NCBI GenBank assembly: GCA_013265495.1
Contig: MU057632.1
Span: 1-36,685 of the forward strand
Length of the DNA stretch: 36,685 nt
Source: Vicugna vicugna
Lineage: Eukaryota
Reading direction: 5' to 3'
Shown here piece after piece: positions 22,500-34,829 of the stretch. The notes under the pieces were generated by a model. That model searched no databases, was not told the origin of the DNA, and worked only from the letters and a program-made list of their open reading frames with translations. The position numbers were made by a program, and so were the translations under genes. Position 1 is the first letter of the stretch. Every line of letters begins with the position of its first letter.

Positions 22500-23850
22500 A
22501 GAAGTAGAATCAGCAATCAGGTGAAATGCCACACCGCACAAGGGGACAGGCAGGCAGGCGGTGCCTGAGGCAGGGAGGGAAAAGTCCTGTCCTGCCTCCA
22601 GCCACAGTTATCCTGCACAGGAGGCTGAGGGGCCTCCTGGAAGCGAGAGACTCCGCACCACTCTGAGGAAAGCCGAGAATTACCGCCAGCCAATCGAGGC
22701 CCAGGAGAAGGGGTTGCACAGCCACAATGCCAGTGGGCCCTGCCGTGGGCTCCAGGCATCAGTGGCCAAGCAGCCCACCTTGGGCGAGGGGCGCCACTGG
22801 GCCCGCAACCCTCCCCGCCACCAGGGCCAGGATGGGGTTTGTGGCTCTTCCCTGGCTAGTCTCTCTCCCTGCAGCTTTCTGTCACCAAATCCCTGCACTC
22901 CACTCAGTGGGCAGCAGCTGCCCTGGGCCACAATCTCCCATCAACTCCACCAAGGGCACGGGGCTCACAGCTTGCCCCTCCAGGCCCAGTCACATGCACT
23001 GCCCCCAGCATCCCTTTACCTTCTCTTGAAGATACTGGTGGTAGCAGTAGGTGGCTTACTAAGGGTACAACTGCTGTTTCCACACTTTGCCCATGGAGCT
23101 GGAAGGGAGCCTGCGTGCAGGCTTGTGGCCACTTTGGGGTTTCCAAGTGTCCATCATTCCTGCCTCTCCCTTTCTGGTGGCGGCAGCTGTTCCACCTCCC
23201 AGCCCAGACCAGACACCCTCTTCCTCCTTCTCCCAGGCAGAGAGAAAGACGCTGTGAAGTGCAGAGGGCACCCCAATAGTGCACTCCCAAGGAGTTGCCT
23301 CGCTGAGCCTGACTGCTCTGGGGCTGCCAAGGGCAGGCGCACCTGCTGCACTCCACTACTGCTAGCAGGCTGAGTGGGGCTGGCAGGTGGTCAATACAAA
23401 TGGAAAGTTGGGCAGCGATGAAGGCTGCGCTCACTCAGTGCCAGGTAGCAACAGGGGTGGGTGCCCTCAACTGGGAGAGGGGAGAGGGGAGAGGGGCTGG
23501 CTTGCCAAGGCAGTGACTGTAGGTGGGAGGGGACCAGCTGGAGGTGAGGGCTGAGTTTTAACCACTCTTCACCTCCCAGGCTCACGGTTGGACCTGGGAG
23601 TCACGATTACTTTGAGTTGGGGGTGGAGGGCCAGGGTGGCTGGGGGACCCAGGTTAAGAACTGCAGAGTGGACACCTCCTTTGCTTTCATGAGTTTGTAT
23701 CTCCTTAAGGGGGAGAGGAGGTAAGGGGGGGTAAAAAAGAGGAAATCTGATTAATCTCTCATTCCCCACCACCTCCTCTAGTGATTTTTTTTTCCCAAAA
23801 GAGAAGGAAAATGATTTAGTACCCAACCACAAAGCTGGAGATGGGACAAC
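22500..23850 (-). pseudogene. RBMS1: Duplicated RBMS1 promoter / exon 1 / start of intron 1 (CpG-decayed island); limits approximate
   Basis: Minus-strand 5'UTR 'ggacacttggaaaccccaaagtggccacaagcctgcacgcaggctcccttccagctccATGGGC' matches my recall of the RBMS1 leader. GC-rich but CpG-poor and TpG/CpA-rich. Confidence 0.8.
23020..23094 (-). pseudogene. RBMS1: RBMS1 exon 1 coding portion (75 nt), inactivated
   Basis: [23 protein letters not shown]|gtaaag versus RBMS1 N-terminus [25 protein letters not shown]. TAG at 23059-23061 and TAA at 23056-23058. Followed by a GT donor, not by exon 2. Confidence 0.92.
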
Positions 23851-25139
23851 TGGGTTCTGTTCCTCCCCCAGGCCACCTCCCAGGCCACAACACTAATTTT
23901 CAGGTGACCTTGGGAGAGTTACTGTCCTTTGCTTTGGTTTCCCAGGTGTGAGAGGTGAAATCATGCTGCACAAGAGGAGGCAAAGAGCGCACCCGCACCC
24001 CCCACACACACCCTACCCCTCACAACAAGTAGTTGGATTCTTCTAAGGGACAGATGCCCCAAAGAGGCAGAACAGTATTATTAGAGGACACAATACAGGC
24101 ATCGGCTCTTCTCTGCCCCCTAATGCTACCAGTCTGCCACCTTTCACGCAGGAGCAAGGAAACTCCTTGAGTTTGGAATATTTTAAGGCCATTTTGAAAG
24201 TCACACTGGGTTACTTTTACAATATGCTTCAATGACATATTAAAATCAATCTCTCTCTCTCTTCCTCTGTCCATCTTTGAATTGTCACAGCCCCTGACAG
24301 CCCCAGGCAGCACTGGTTCAGTTCACTATGTAACTGGGTATGATTTAACAGAGTTAACTGGCCTTGAAGCAGCCTGAAGACTTTTATATCCCAGCTCAAC
24401 AAGAGCTAATACCAGCATGTACAAAGAGGATAAGTACCTTCAAATTGCACTTCTTGCACATCTAAAAGATGTGATGAAAAATTAATTTGTTACTAAGTAG
24501 ATTTTGATCATCTTGTTTTGTCATTTTGGTTTTATGAGAGTGTTTCCCTAACAGCACAAAGGTAAATCAAACTGTAATAGAATGCATGGTTTTGTTAAAC
24601 AAGTTACATTTTTACCTGCTTACATTTCAGGTTTAGTAAGATACTTTAAAATAATGAATGATTTATACGATTTAGACAAATTATAAGTTATACATTTTTT
24701 AAAACAAATGTAAGTTCATAAGTTCGTAAGAGAACATACTGGTAATGCCAGGAGGCAAATCACATTCTCTTGAAAAGAACGAACAGTTAATTTGCGAGAA
24801 ATCCTATCACGAAACTAGTATTTACTGAGCATCTGCTGTATGGGAGGCACTGTTGAGGTTGATGTCACTCTGAAGGTTAGAGTGGCTCACTGTCTCCCTA
24901 GAGGAGCTTAAAATAGTTCTTTATAGTGTTTCAAGGAGGGACCCTTCAATGTATTTGACAAGAAAACTGACATGAACTAACGTGCATTAAGAACTAGGAG
25001 GACTAGAAATGATGGTTTAGAGGAATGACTAAAGGAAGAGAAGGAGCTAAGAATGCTCTCAAGAGTTCTAGACGTGAGTTGATAAAAGAAATTACCAAGC
25101 TCAGACTGTTCTTTGTTTCTGGATGGTGAAAATTCAGCC

Positions 25140-26530
25140 TGTTTTACAGAGCCCAGACGCACACCCACAGTGCGCAGACACTTGATGTATGACTGCATTG
25201 GTATCGCAGAGCAGTGGAGAAAGAACGAGCTTTTCAATAAATGATTCTGGGTCAATTGGCTATCTGTATGGAAAACATGAAATCGGAGCCCTACTTCACA
25301 AAGGGGGAAGAAAAAAGTTCAAGTGAATTAAAGACCTAGATGTGAAAAAGTAAAACTATAAAGCAGTTAGAAGACAATACAGGAAATACCTGAATAGCCT
25401 TGAGGTAAGGAAGGATTTCTTTAATAAGGTGACCAAGAGTGCAAGATTGAGCAATTTGACTATATTAAAATTCAGAACACTGATTCATCAAAGGATTCTA
25501 TAAAGTGAAAAGGCAAGCCAAAAAGTCACTTATCATCTAAGTAACTATAAAAGGTAAATAAACAGAAAACATAGAGTAGTCCCCAAAGTCAATTTAACAA
25601 AAACTTGTCAAAACGTAAGCAAAAGAATGAATGTGTGTGTTTCAGAGAGGAGGAAACACAAATGTGCCCATAACCTATGAAGCGATACTCACACTCACAC
25701 ACATTAGCAGTAAAGGAAGTGCAAATTAAAGTAAGATACCACTGCACTCACCAGACTGTCAAAATTCAAGAACTCTGAAAATATTAGAAGTAGGTGAAAA
25801 GGTACAAAAGGGAGAGATAAACCCTGCTTACTGGAGGACATGTTAATTGGTACATCTACCACTTTAGAAAGCAGTCCGGCATTACCCACTTTTATTCACA
25901 TGCATGCAATGCAATGATGCACTAATTCTACTTGTTGGTGCATACCTCAAAGAATCTCTTCTATCTGTGCACCAAAAGAAATGTACAGGAATGTTCATAA
26001 AATACTGAAAACAACTCAAATGTCTACCCACTGAAGGATGAGTGGATAAGACTGACATGTCTACAATGGAACACTCTGCAGCAGTGAAAATGAATAAACT
26101 ACAGTTAAAAGCATCACCATGGATCCTTTCAAAACTGATGTTGCAAGAAGCAATTCAACATGAAGCATGATTCCATGTCTATGAAGTTGAAAACCAGAAA
26201 AAACAATTGAACAGTGTGATGTGTAGGAACAGGTGTATGAGTAACACAACACAGCAAGTCAATTCTATGTCAATTGTTTTAAGACAATAGGTACATGAGT
26301 AGATTTTTATAAAAAACTATAAACAAGGGGATTATAACATCAAATTCAGAACGGTGGTTTATCTCTGAGGGATAGGAAGGGTAAGATGTTCAGGGAGGGA
26401 CAGAAAGGGACTTGTAGAGATGGCGATGGCCCATGTTTTGTACTGGGTTGTAGAAATGTAAAAATATATTTCAATATTTTTCTTTAAGTGGTTTACAGGC
26501 TTTTGTATGTTTGCTGTATTTTATACTAAC
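25140..26530 (+). mobile_element. Ancient L1 (L1M-type) ORF2 3' part and 3'UTR
   Basis: 'cttttcaataaatgattctgggtcaattggctatc', 'gaattaaagacctagatgtgaaaaagtaaaactataaa', 'gcaaattaaagtaagataccact', 'gaatgttcata', 'atgattccatgtctatgaagtt'. Confidence 0.8.
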
Positions 26531-27799
26531 ACTTTTTTTTAAATCAGCTTTTAGTTTTATTCATGATCATCTTCAAACAGATACCAGCGCAGAAAGAATA
26601 GAATAATGTCTCCTCTGTTCTGAACACCCAGCTCCAACATTTATCAACATTTCGTCATTCCTGTTTCTCTGTCTTTTTCTTTCTCTTTCTCTCCTTCTTT
26701 CTCTCACACACACTTACACTTTTATTTTTCTGGAGCAGTTTTAAAGCAAATCCCAAACTGTATTATTTCACCTGCACCTATTTTAATATCTACCTCTAAT
26801 AAATAAGAACTTTTAAAAATACAGCATCATGATCACCTGTAACAAAACACACAACAATTTAAGATCAACTCAGTTCTTGTTCATTTGGAGCTGGGTTAGG
26901 AATTTTAACTAGTCACAGAAAACCACTTGGAGGAGACATGATGAGTGAGGAAGTCACAGCCGTTAGAACCTTGTATGAGGGGAACAGTGGGCGGCTGTGT
27001 CCCTGTACAAGTAGCACCAAGTTAAAGACTTTGAGGCACAAATTGTCCCATCCAAGATCTTCACTCTGGTTTCACTTACAACCGAAGGTAAACCTTTTTT
27101 CCTTATATTTTATCAGAAGTGGACCAAACAAATTAGCATTGATGAATGCCTTTGTTCTAATGCCATCTGCCTCAGAGTACTAAAGTAATTGAAGGATAAA
27201 ATTAGAAATTTTGCTATGAAAAGCCCCTGCACTAGAGCATCAGTGAATTGGAAATAGGATTTAGATGCATGAGACAGACTTTGTGCAGAACCTGGAGACC
27301 CTGCTTCCTCACTTGGTAACTAGGTGATGTCTCTAATATAGCAACTGAAAACCTAACACAGAAAGCCCACACAGTTTTTGCAAGGTGAAAGTGTGACTGA
27401 TATATATTACAGTTCTCAGAGAGTTAAATGAAGAAAAGTGCAGATAAAAGGGACCCAGTGGTTATAATGCACAGCGGAGCTTTGTTATGAATAGGGCATT
27501 CTTTTACAGTCTTCGGGGAAGGCTATGTATGAATCTTCTAGCCTAATGTTTCTCAGATATTTATCCTCAGACTTTATTTTGTGGATCCCTGTCTTAAGAA
27601 ACTAAAATCTTACTAACTTTGTAAGTAGTATATTTTAACACTTTTTCGACCACAGTGAAACACAACTTAAAAATTCTCAGAATGTGTCCCTTATCCTCCA
27701 CCAGAGTTTGAGGAGCACTATAGATCACACTATCTATCACAGCCCAGAACTCCTTTCCTGATTAGACCTTCCCATTTTTCCCAAATTATTTGCCTCCAC

Positions 27800-30700
27800 T
27801 ACACCATCCAGCACCCAACAATGCATGTCTGGTATCCATGCAAAAATCATTAGGCAAGCAAAGAAAAGAGAAATTATTACCCAGACCAGGAAAAAAAAAA
27901 CAATAGAAACAGACTCTGAAATGACAAGAGATAATGGAATTCACAGACAAAAGCATTAAACAATATTATACTGGTACAGCTTCTTGGGGAAAAGTTTGGT
28001 GATTCCTTAAAAAGTTAAACATACAGTTATCATATGACACAGCAATTCCACACCTAGGTACATACCCAAGAGAAATGAAAACGTATGTCCTCATAAAAAC
28101 CTGTACACAAGTGTTCATATAGCAGCATTGTTCATAACAGACAAACAGGAGAAACAATCCAAATGTCCATCAACTAACAAATGAATGAAATGGACTATAT
28201 CCATACAATGGAATACTATTCAGCAATAAAAAGGAATTAAGTATTGAACATGCTACAACATGGATGAACCTTGAAACCATTACAGTAAGTGGAAAAAAAA
28301 TACAGTCACCAAAGAACACGTTATATGATTCCATTTATATGAAGTGTCCTGAATAATCAAATCTATAGAGACAGAAAGTAGATTAGTGGTTGCCTGGGCT
28401 GGAGCGGAGAACGGAATGGGGAGTGACTGCTAATGGGTACAGAGTTTCTCTAAGGGCTGATGAAATGATCTAAAATTAAGATTGTGGCTACGGTTGCACA
28501 ATTCTGTTAATATGCTAAGAGACACTGATGTATGGAATTTAGGTGGGTAAATAATACACCTATTCAACAAAGCTATTAGGAAGTTGTTATAAATACACTC
28601 CGTGTAGTAAGAAGGTAGAGTGAAAGGAAGCAGAGAGATGGTAGATACAAAATAAACAAATCCAATGGCACTTCCAGTGAAGAAAAATACTAGATTGGAA
28701 ATAAAAATACACTGTTGGGATTAATATCAGATTAGACATTGCAGAGGATCATGAAATTTGAAGAAACAACAATAGAAACTATCCAAAATGAAGCAGAGAC
28801 CGAGAAATACTGAAAAACAAATTAACAAAGCATCAGTGACCAGTGGGACAATATTCAGTTGTATAACACACATGTAACTGGAGTCAAAAACAGGAGAGAG
28901 GGAGAGGACAGGAAAAACAATCAAGTTAATGGCTAAATTTTTTCAATCTTGATAAAAACCGTAACTCCACAGATCCAAGAAACCTTGACAAATCCTAAGG
29001 AGAATAAACACAAAGAAAACCACACAAAGGTCCATCATATTGAAACTAGTGATAAAGAAAATTCAAAAGTCAGAGAAAAAAAGACACACTGAAGAGAAGA
29101 AAGACAGAATGAGAGGAAACTGCTTTTCAGAAACTATGTATGGAGACAATGGACGAACTTCCTTACCAAGGGAAGGACCACCCTAGAACTCCACAACAGG
29201 TAAAGATGAAGACGACGTAATACCAGACAGAAGCTTGGAGGATTCACTGCCAGCAGAGCTGCACTGTGAGAAATGTGAGAAGAAAATTCATCAAGCAAAA
29301 AGAAAGTGACACCATCTGGACCGACATTTGAATTTAAACAAAGGACAAGGAGGAAAGCATCAATACTTGGGTAAATACAAACATTTTTTCCTCATTTTTA
29401 ATAATTTAAAAAAATAATGATAATTTACAGCAAAATAACAATAATATATTCAGGGTGGTTATAACATATGAAGTAGTAGACGAGGACTAAATATAAGGGA
29501 GAAATGGCAGTTCATTGTTTCAACGATCTTACCCTCTACGTTAACTGGTATCTTATTTGAAGACTGACTACAGTCAGTTAGAGACGTCCAAAGTCTAGAG
29601 CAACCATTATAAAATAGCAGAGGCAGAGCTCATAAGTCAGGAGTGGAGATAAAAGGTATTTATTCAAACGACAATAACAACAACTTAACTCAAAAGAAGG
29701 CAGATAAGAAGGGAAAGGACAAAAAAGACACACAGGACAAATACAGAACTAGTCACACTAAGGGCAACTTGAAACCCAAACAAATCATAATTACATTATA
29801 TTAAGTAGTCTTTTTCAAAAACATCTCCAAATAAAAGGCAGAGATAGGCAGACCGGATCAAACAACAGCAACAACACAAAAACAAGGCCCAAACAAGGCC
29901 CAACTCCATGCTGTCCACACATAGACAGACACAGATTCAATATAAAGACAGAGACAGCTTAAAAATACGAGGAAGGAAAAAAGATATCCCACAAAAACAC
30001 TGATCAAATGAAAACTACATTACTGTGAGTTCAAAAAATATTGATGGAGAAAGACATTGCATAATAACAAAGGAGTCATTGTACCAAGACGACAGAACTA
30101 CCTTAAATGTTTTAGGTCAATGGTGAATTTCAAAGTACAGGAAACAATAACAAAACTGAAGAGACAAATCACAATTACAGCTGGGTATTTTAACATTTGC
30201 TTCACAATAATTGACAGAACAAGAGGTCACAAAATGAATTTGACCACCTTGACTGAACTGGCATTTACAGAACACACTACCCAAAACAGCATATAAACAT
30301 TCTTTTCAAGTACACTTAAAACATTCACCAAGACAGATCATATTCTAGGCCATGAAACAACTCTCAATAAATTTAAAACGGTATCAAAATCATGCCAACT
30401 AGGTTCTCTGGCCACAAAAGGATTAAGCTAAAACTATAATGGATTAATAATTGGGAAATCCTCTACATAATTGGAAACTAAATAATTCACTTCTAAATAA
30501 ACTATGGAGCCCAAGAAGAAATCACAACGTAAAATAAAAAGCATTTTGAACGGAATGTAAAAAAAAAAAAAAACCCACACTCTTAGATGTAGCTAAACTG
30601 TTGTCTGCAGGAAATTGATTCTTTTAATGTTTATATTAGAAAAGAAAAAAAAGTCTGAAATAAATTATCTAAGCTTCCATCTTAAGTCTCAGAAGAAGAG

Positions 30701-31885
30701 CAACTTAAACACACAACAATCAGAAGGAAAGAAATCAAGAGGAGAAATTATGGAACTAGAAACACAAAAGCAATAGAGAGAAATTACTGATACCAAACGT
30801 TAATTTTTTTGAGATATCAGTAATATCATATGGCTCTAGCCAGACAAATAAAGAGAAAAGACAAATAAGACAAATTATCAACATTAGGAATAGAAACAAA
30901 AGCACTACAGAGCATACATCTATAAAAAGATAGTGAGGGAATAATAAAACATCTTTATACCCATAAACTTGACAACTTAGATGACATGGACAAGTTTGTA
31001 AAAAGACTCAAAATACCAAAATTCACTCAAGAAATAAACAGAAGAGAAAAATAACAGCACGGTGTCTATTAAATAAATTAAATTACAAGTTAAAAACTTC
31101 ACAAAGATAACTCCAGGCTCTGAAGGATCCACTGTTGAATTTTAACAAACCTTTGAGAAAGAGGTAATACAAATTCTACCAGAAGCAAAGGGATCAATTT
31201 CCAACTCGTTTTATAAGACTACCACGACCCTAATACCAACACCAGACAAAGATTCTACTTTAAGAATGCAAGGTCACATTCACACTGAAAATCAATACAT
31301 GCATTTCATACTAAAAGAAAAACCATAGCATCCTATTGCTAAATGTGGGGAAAGCATCAGATAAAATTCATTATCTAGTCATGATTTTTAAAACTAAACT
31401 TAACAAACTAGGAATAAGAGGAATTTCCCAACCTGATAAAGGACACACATGAAAAACTTACACCTAACATCATACCTAACAGCTAAAGAGTGAATGTTTT
31501 CCATTAACTTTGAGAATATAGCAAAGATCTCTCGCTACTTCTATTCATAATCTACCAGAGATCCTGGCCAGTGAAATAATGCAACACACAAGAAAAATCG
31601 GTGTGTGTATACACACACATATACTGAACTATAAGAATAACAAAAAGTAGAACATTTGTTATTCACAGATATATTGAAACTACAAAATTCTACAAAATCT
31701 ACAAAAAATGGTATTAAAACTCGTATATGAGTTTAGCAAAGCTGCAAGAGAGGTCAAAGTATAAAATCAACTATAGTTCTATATCAGAAAAATGAACACC
31801 TGGAAGCTGTAATTTTGAAATATCATTTACAATGGCACCACAATATTCAGTACTTAGGAATAAATTATACAAAATATGTGCAACG
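27800..31885 (+). mobile_element. Long degraded L1 (ORF1, inter-ORF, ORF2 to post-RT), interrupted by a nested L1 3' end
   Basis: ORF1-like 'caatagaaactatccaaaatgaagcagagac', 'cagatccaagaa'. ORF2-like 'acattcaccaagacagatcatattctaggccatgaaacaactctcaataaatttaaa', 'ccctaataccaacaccagacaaagat', 'caacctgataaagg'. Many stops. Confidence 0.85.
27968..28577 (+). mobile_element. Nested L1 (L1MB-like) 3' end inserted in the ORF1 region of the host L1
   Basis: 'gcaattccacacctaggtacatacccaagagaaatgaaaacgtatgtcc', 'gacagaaagtagattagtggttgcc', ending 'ttcaacaaagctatta'. ORF1-like sequence on both sides. Confidence 0.8.
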
Positions 31886-31889
31886 GCAT

Positions 31890-32940
31890 AAAAACACATA
31901 TGAAACAGAACAGAGCTTTCAGAAAAAAATCCACAGACCTATGGTCAATTCATCTTCACCAGTGGAGACAAGAATATACAATAGAGATGAGACAGCCTCT
32001 TCAGCAAGCAGTGTTGGCTAAACTGCATAACAGCCTTTGTATCAATGAAATTAGACTACTCCCTCACCCCATACACAAAAATAAACTGAAAATGGCTTAA
32101 AGACTTAACAAGACACCATAAGCCTTCAGCAAGAAAATACAGGCAATACATTCTCTGACATAAATCTAAACATGTTATGTTCTCTTAGGGCAGTCTACCC
32201 AGGCAATGGAAGTAAGAGCAAAAATACACAAACGGGACCTAATTGAACTCAAAAGCATTTGCACAGCAAAGGAAACCAGAAGCAAAATTAACGAACTACA
32301 GAATAGGGAAAAAAAATCTGCAAATGATACGGCTGACAAAGGCTTAATTAATTTCCAGAATATATAAACAGCACATACAACCTAACAACCACCAAAAAAA
32401 CCTAATCCGAAAATGGGCAGAGGACCTAAACAAGACATACAAACGACCCACAGGCATATGAAAACGTGCTCAATATCACTAATTACAAATGTAAATTAAA
32501 ATTACCGTCTCGTACCACCTCACACCAGGCAGAATGGCCATCATTCAAAAGTTCATGAAGGATCAACGCTGTAGAGAGTGTGGAGAATAGGGAATCCTCC
32601 TACACTGCTGCTGGGAATGTAGTTTTGTGTAGCCACTATGGAAAACAGTAAGGAAATTCCTCACTAAACTAAAACCAGTCTCCCCATATGATCCAGCAAT
32701 CTTACTTCTTGGTTTCTAACTGGAGGGAACTTTACTATCAAAAAATACCTGCACCCCAATGTTCGAAGCAACGCTATCTACAAAACCCTAGACGTGGGGG
32801 CAACCTAGATACGGCAACAGATGACTGGGTAAAAGAGGTGTGGTAAATTTATACAACACAATACCACTCGACAAAAAAAAATTATACTTTGTCATAAAAA
32901 TTAGTAAAATAAATCCAACTGCAGCAACATGGATGGACTT
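31890..32940 (+). mobile_element. Younger L1 ORF2 3' fragment, broken before the 3'UTR
   Basis: 'gcacagcaaaggaaacca', 'aaaatgggcagaggacctaaa', 'ccacctcacaccaggcagaatggccatcatt', 'gcagcaacatggatggac', then an abrupt switch to GC-rich sequence. Confidence 0.85.
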
Positions 32941-33650
32941 CCCTCCTCAACAACGCCGCGACTGCTCCCTGATGGCACTGCACTCGCCTACTGGTAGCCC
33001 ACTGACCTGGAAACAAAGTGTCCTAGGAGCCTGGGGCAGCAGCAGGCAGAGAGGGGCATTGTCCCTGGCAAGCTGGTAGATTGAACCTCATCTTCACTTG
33101 AGCACGGCATGGGGGCGGCCTCTGGCACCCCCGCTACCCTGGAAGCACGTCCCGAGGTCAACCTGCTGCAGGGAGGCGGGCGCGGTGCGCTCAGGGGGCA
33201 GCCACTGCAGTGGCAGCGGTGATGGTGGCCTTTGGGCTGCCCCAATGAAGCGCAGGATTTGCTCCGATTTCCTGCTGTAGCTTTCACTGCCGCAGCGTCC
33301 TCACTCTGATTGCACCATGCCCGCCTCCCAGAAGCAGGCTGACTTGTAACATGGGTAACGCCAACATGGGGACATAGAGGACGCCCCCAGGCCAGGTCTT
33401 GGGGCAGATGGGAACACGTCAGGCGAAGGTTCATCACGGCACCCCTCCAACCTCGCCGCTGCCACCACCCGCCACGAATCCTAAATGACCACCCCCGCCT
33501 CCAGCTAGCAGGCGGACCTGGGGACATGAATCCAGCGAACCTGGTACAGTAGAGGTCGCCCCCAGGCCAGGCTGCCAGGGACATCCGAACAAACTGACCA
33601 GCTCCCACCTCGCACGCCATGAGCCCTCTCCCCTAAGCAGTCGCCAATGA
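32941..33650. repeat. GC-rich composite repeat, copy 1
   Basis: Colinear with 35840-36540 at an offset of 2911 bp (gcactcgcct 32980/35891; gaagcgcaggatttgctcc 33247/36158). Confidence 0.85.
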
Positions 33651-33779
33651 CGCCGCCCCCGAACCCTGACAGCACCACGTCTACCTCCCAAGAGCAAACC
33701 TATCTGAGATTCCTCAAACAACTGAAAACACACTTGCCAAAAGCTTTTCATCCCGGGGACAGGCCAACGAGTTCCCAAA

Positions 33780-34760
33780 GGCCCAGGCCTTGCCCGTTAT
33801 TCCGCCCCAGCTTAGCTGCGCCCGGGAGGGTCCAGGGCGGCCTCCACTCCCGGGCGGGGCCACCGACGCAGGAAGGCCACGGCCTCAGGGCCGGTGGGAG
33901 GCGCTCCGGGGCCGTCGGGCGTCCTCCCACCTCCCCGGGCTGCAGCCGCTTCCCCAAACCCCGGTATGAGCAGCGGCAAAGAGGCGGGGTTCAGGGTCTA
34001 CTAACGCGGGAGGGGGTGCACCAGGAACCACGGACGCAGGTCCCGGACCCGCTTCAGGGTCCTAATGGGCCACCCAGCCCGGGCCTTACCTACGGACCCC
34101 TACCTACGCGCCTCCCCAACTGCGCAGCCCAGGCCTAACCTGCCGGCTCCCCGACCTGCCCGCCCGCACCAAGGCCCCCTTACCTGCCCGGCAGCTGCAG
34201 CGGAGGCGACGACAAGCGGCGGTCCGGGCCCCAGGCCGCGTTCCTCCCGAGGGGCTGGTCCAGGGGCACCCGGCTCCCGCCAGCTCCCACACGCTCTGGA
34301 CGGAGCCTGGCGTCCGCGAATCCGCACGTCAGTGCGTGCGCGCGCGCCCCTCCTCCTCCAGCCCCCAGCGTGCACGCGCGGGCTGGGGCACCTGCTGTCC
34401 TAGATCTGACGACTGGGGGTCTGGAGGGCCCTGGCGGGGCCGGGCTGTGGGGCGCTGGGACGGGTCTACTCTCCGGCCCGAGCCCGGCCCGATCCCCATC
34501 CCCCATGCCCTCATCCTGCCAGGGACCCGGTCTCCGCACCCAGCAAGCAAGGACCACCACCGGCCAGGGCCTGGCCACAGCCCCCAGCTCCACTCCCCCT
34601 GCTCGCCGCCCCTCCCACCCCATCACTGCCTCCTCACCCCGAGCCAGGCCCGGTTCCCCGACGGGACCCCCCAGGATCAGGTTTTTCTCTGCTCACACCG
34701 AGGTCCCCGCCACCAGGACACCCTGCCCCACTGGGTCATAACCTCTGGCCCCTGCGCCCT
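33780..34760 (-). promoter_or_regulatory. CpG island / promoter with candidate first exon ending at donor CAG|gtaagg (exon end 34184)
   Basis: CpG-dense. NRF1-like GCGTGCGCGCGC (34334-34345) and GCGTGCACGC (34368-34377), CRE/E-box-like GCACGTCA (34324-34331). Consensus donor ~150 nt downstream on the minus strand, followed by a G-rich intron start. Confidence 0.7.
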
Positions 34761-34829
34761 AAGCTGACCCCTCAAGCCTCACCCTGGGCCCCCCTCCCCC
34801 TGCCATCCCGAGATGGTCCCCTCTTAAAT

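Noticed and set aside
23020..23094. Processed RBMS1 retrocopy
   Set aside because: Codon 25 is followed by a gtaaag donor and intron-like sequence, not by exon 2 (QSLVPAHPM...).
22561..23373. 270-aa plus-strand ORF as a real CDS
   Set aside because: GTG start, antisense to the RBMS1 exon-1 remnant, GC-rich shadow ORF with no recognisable domain.
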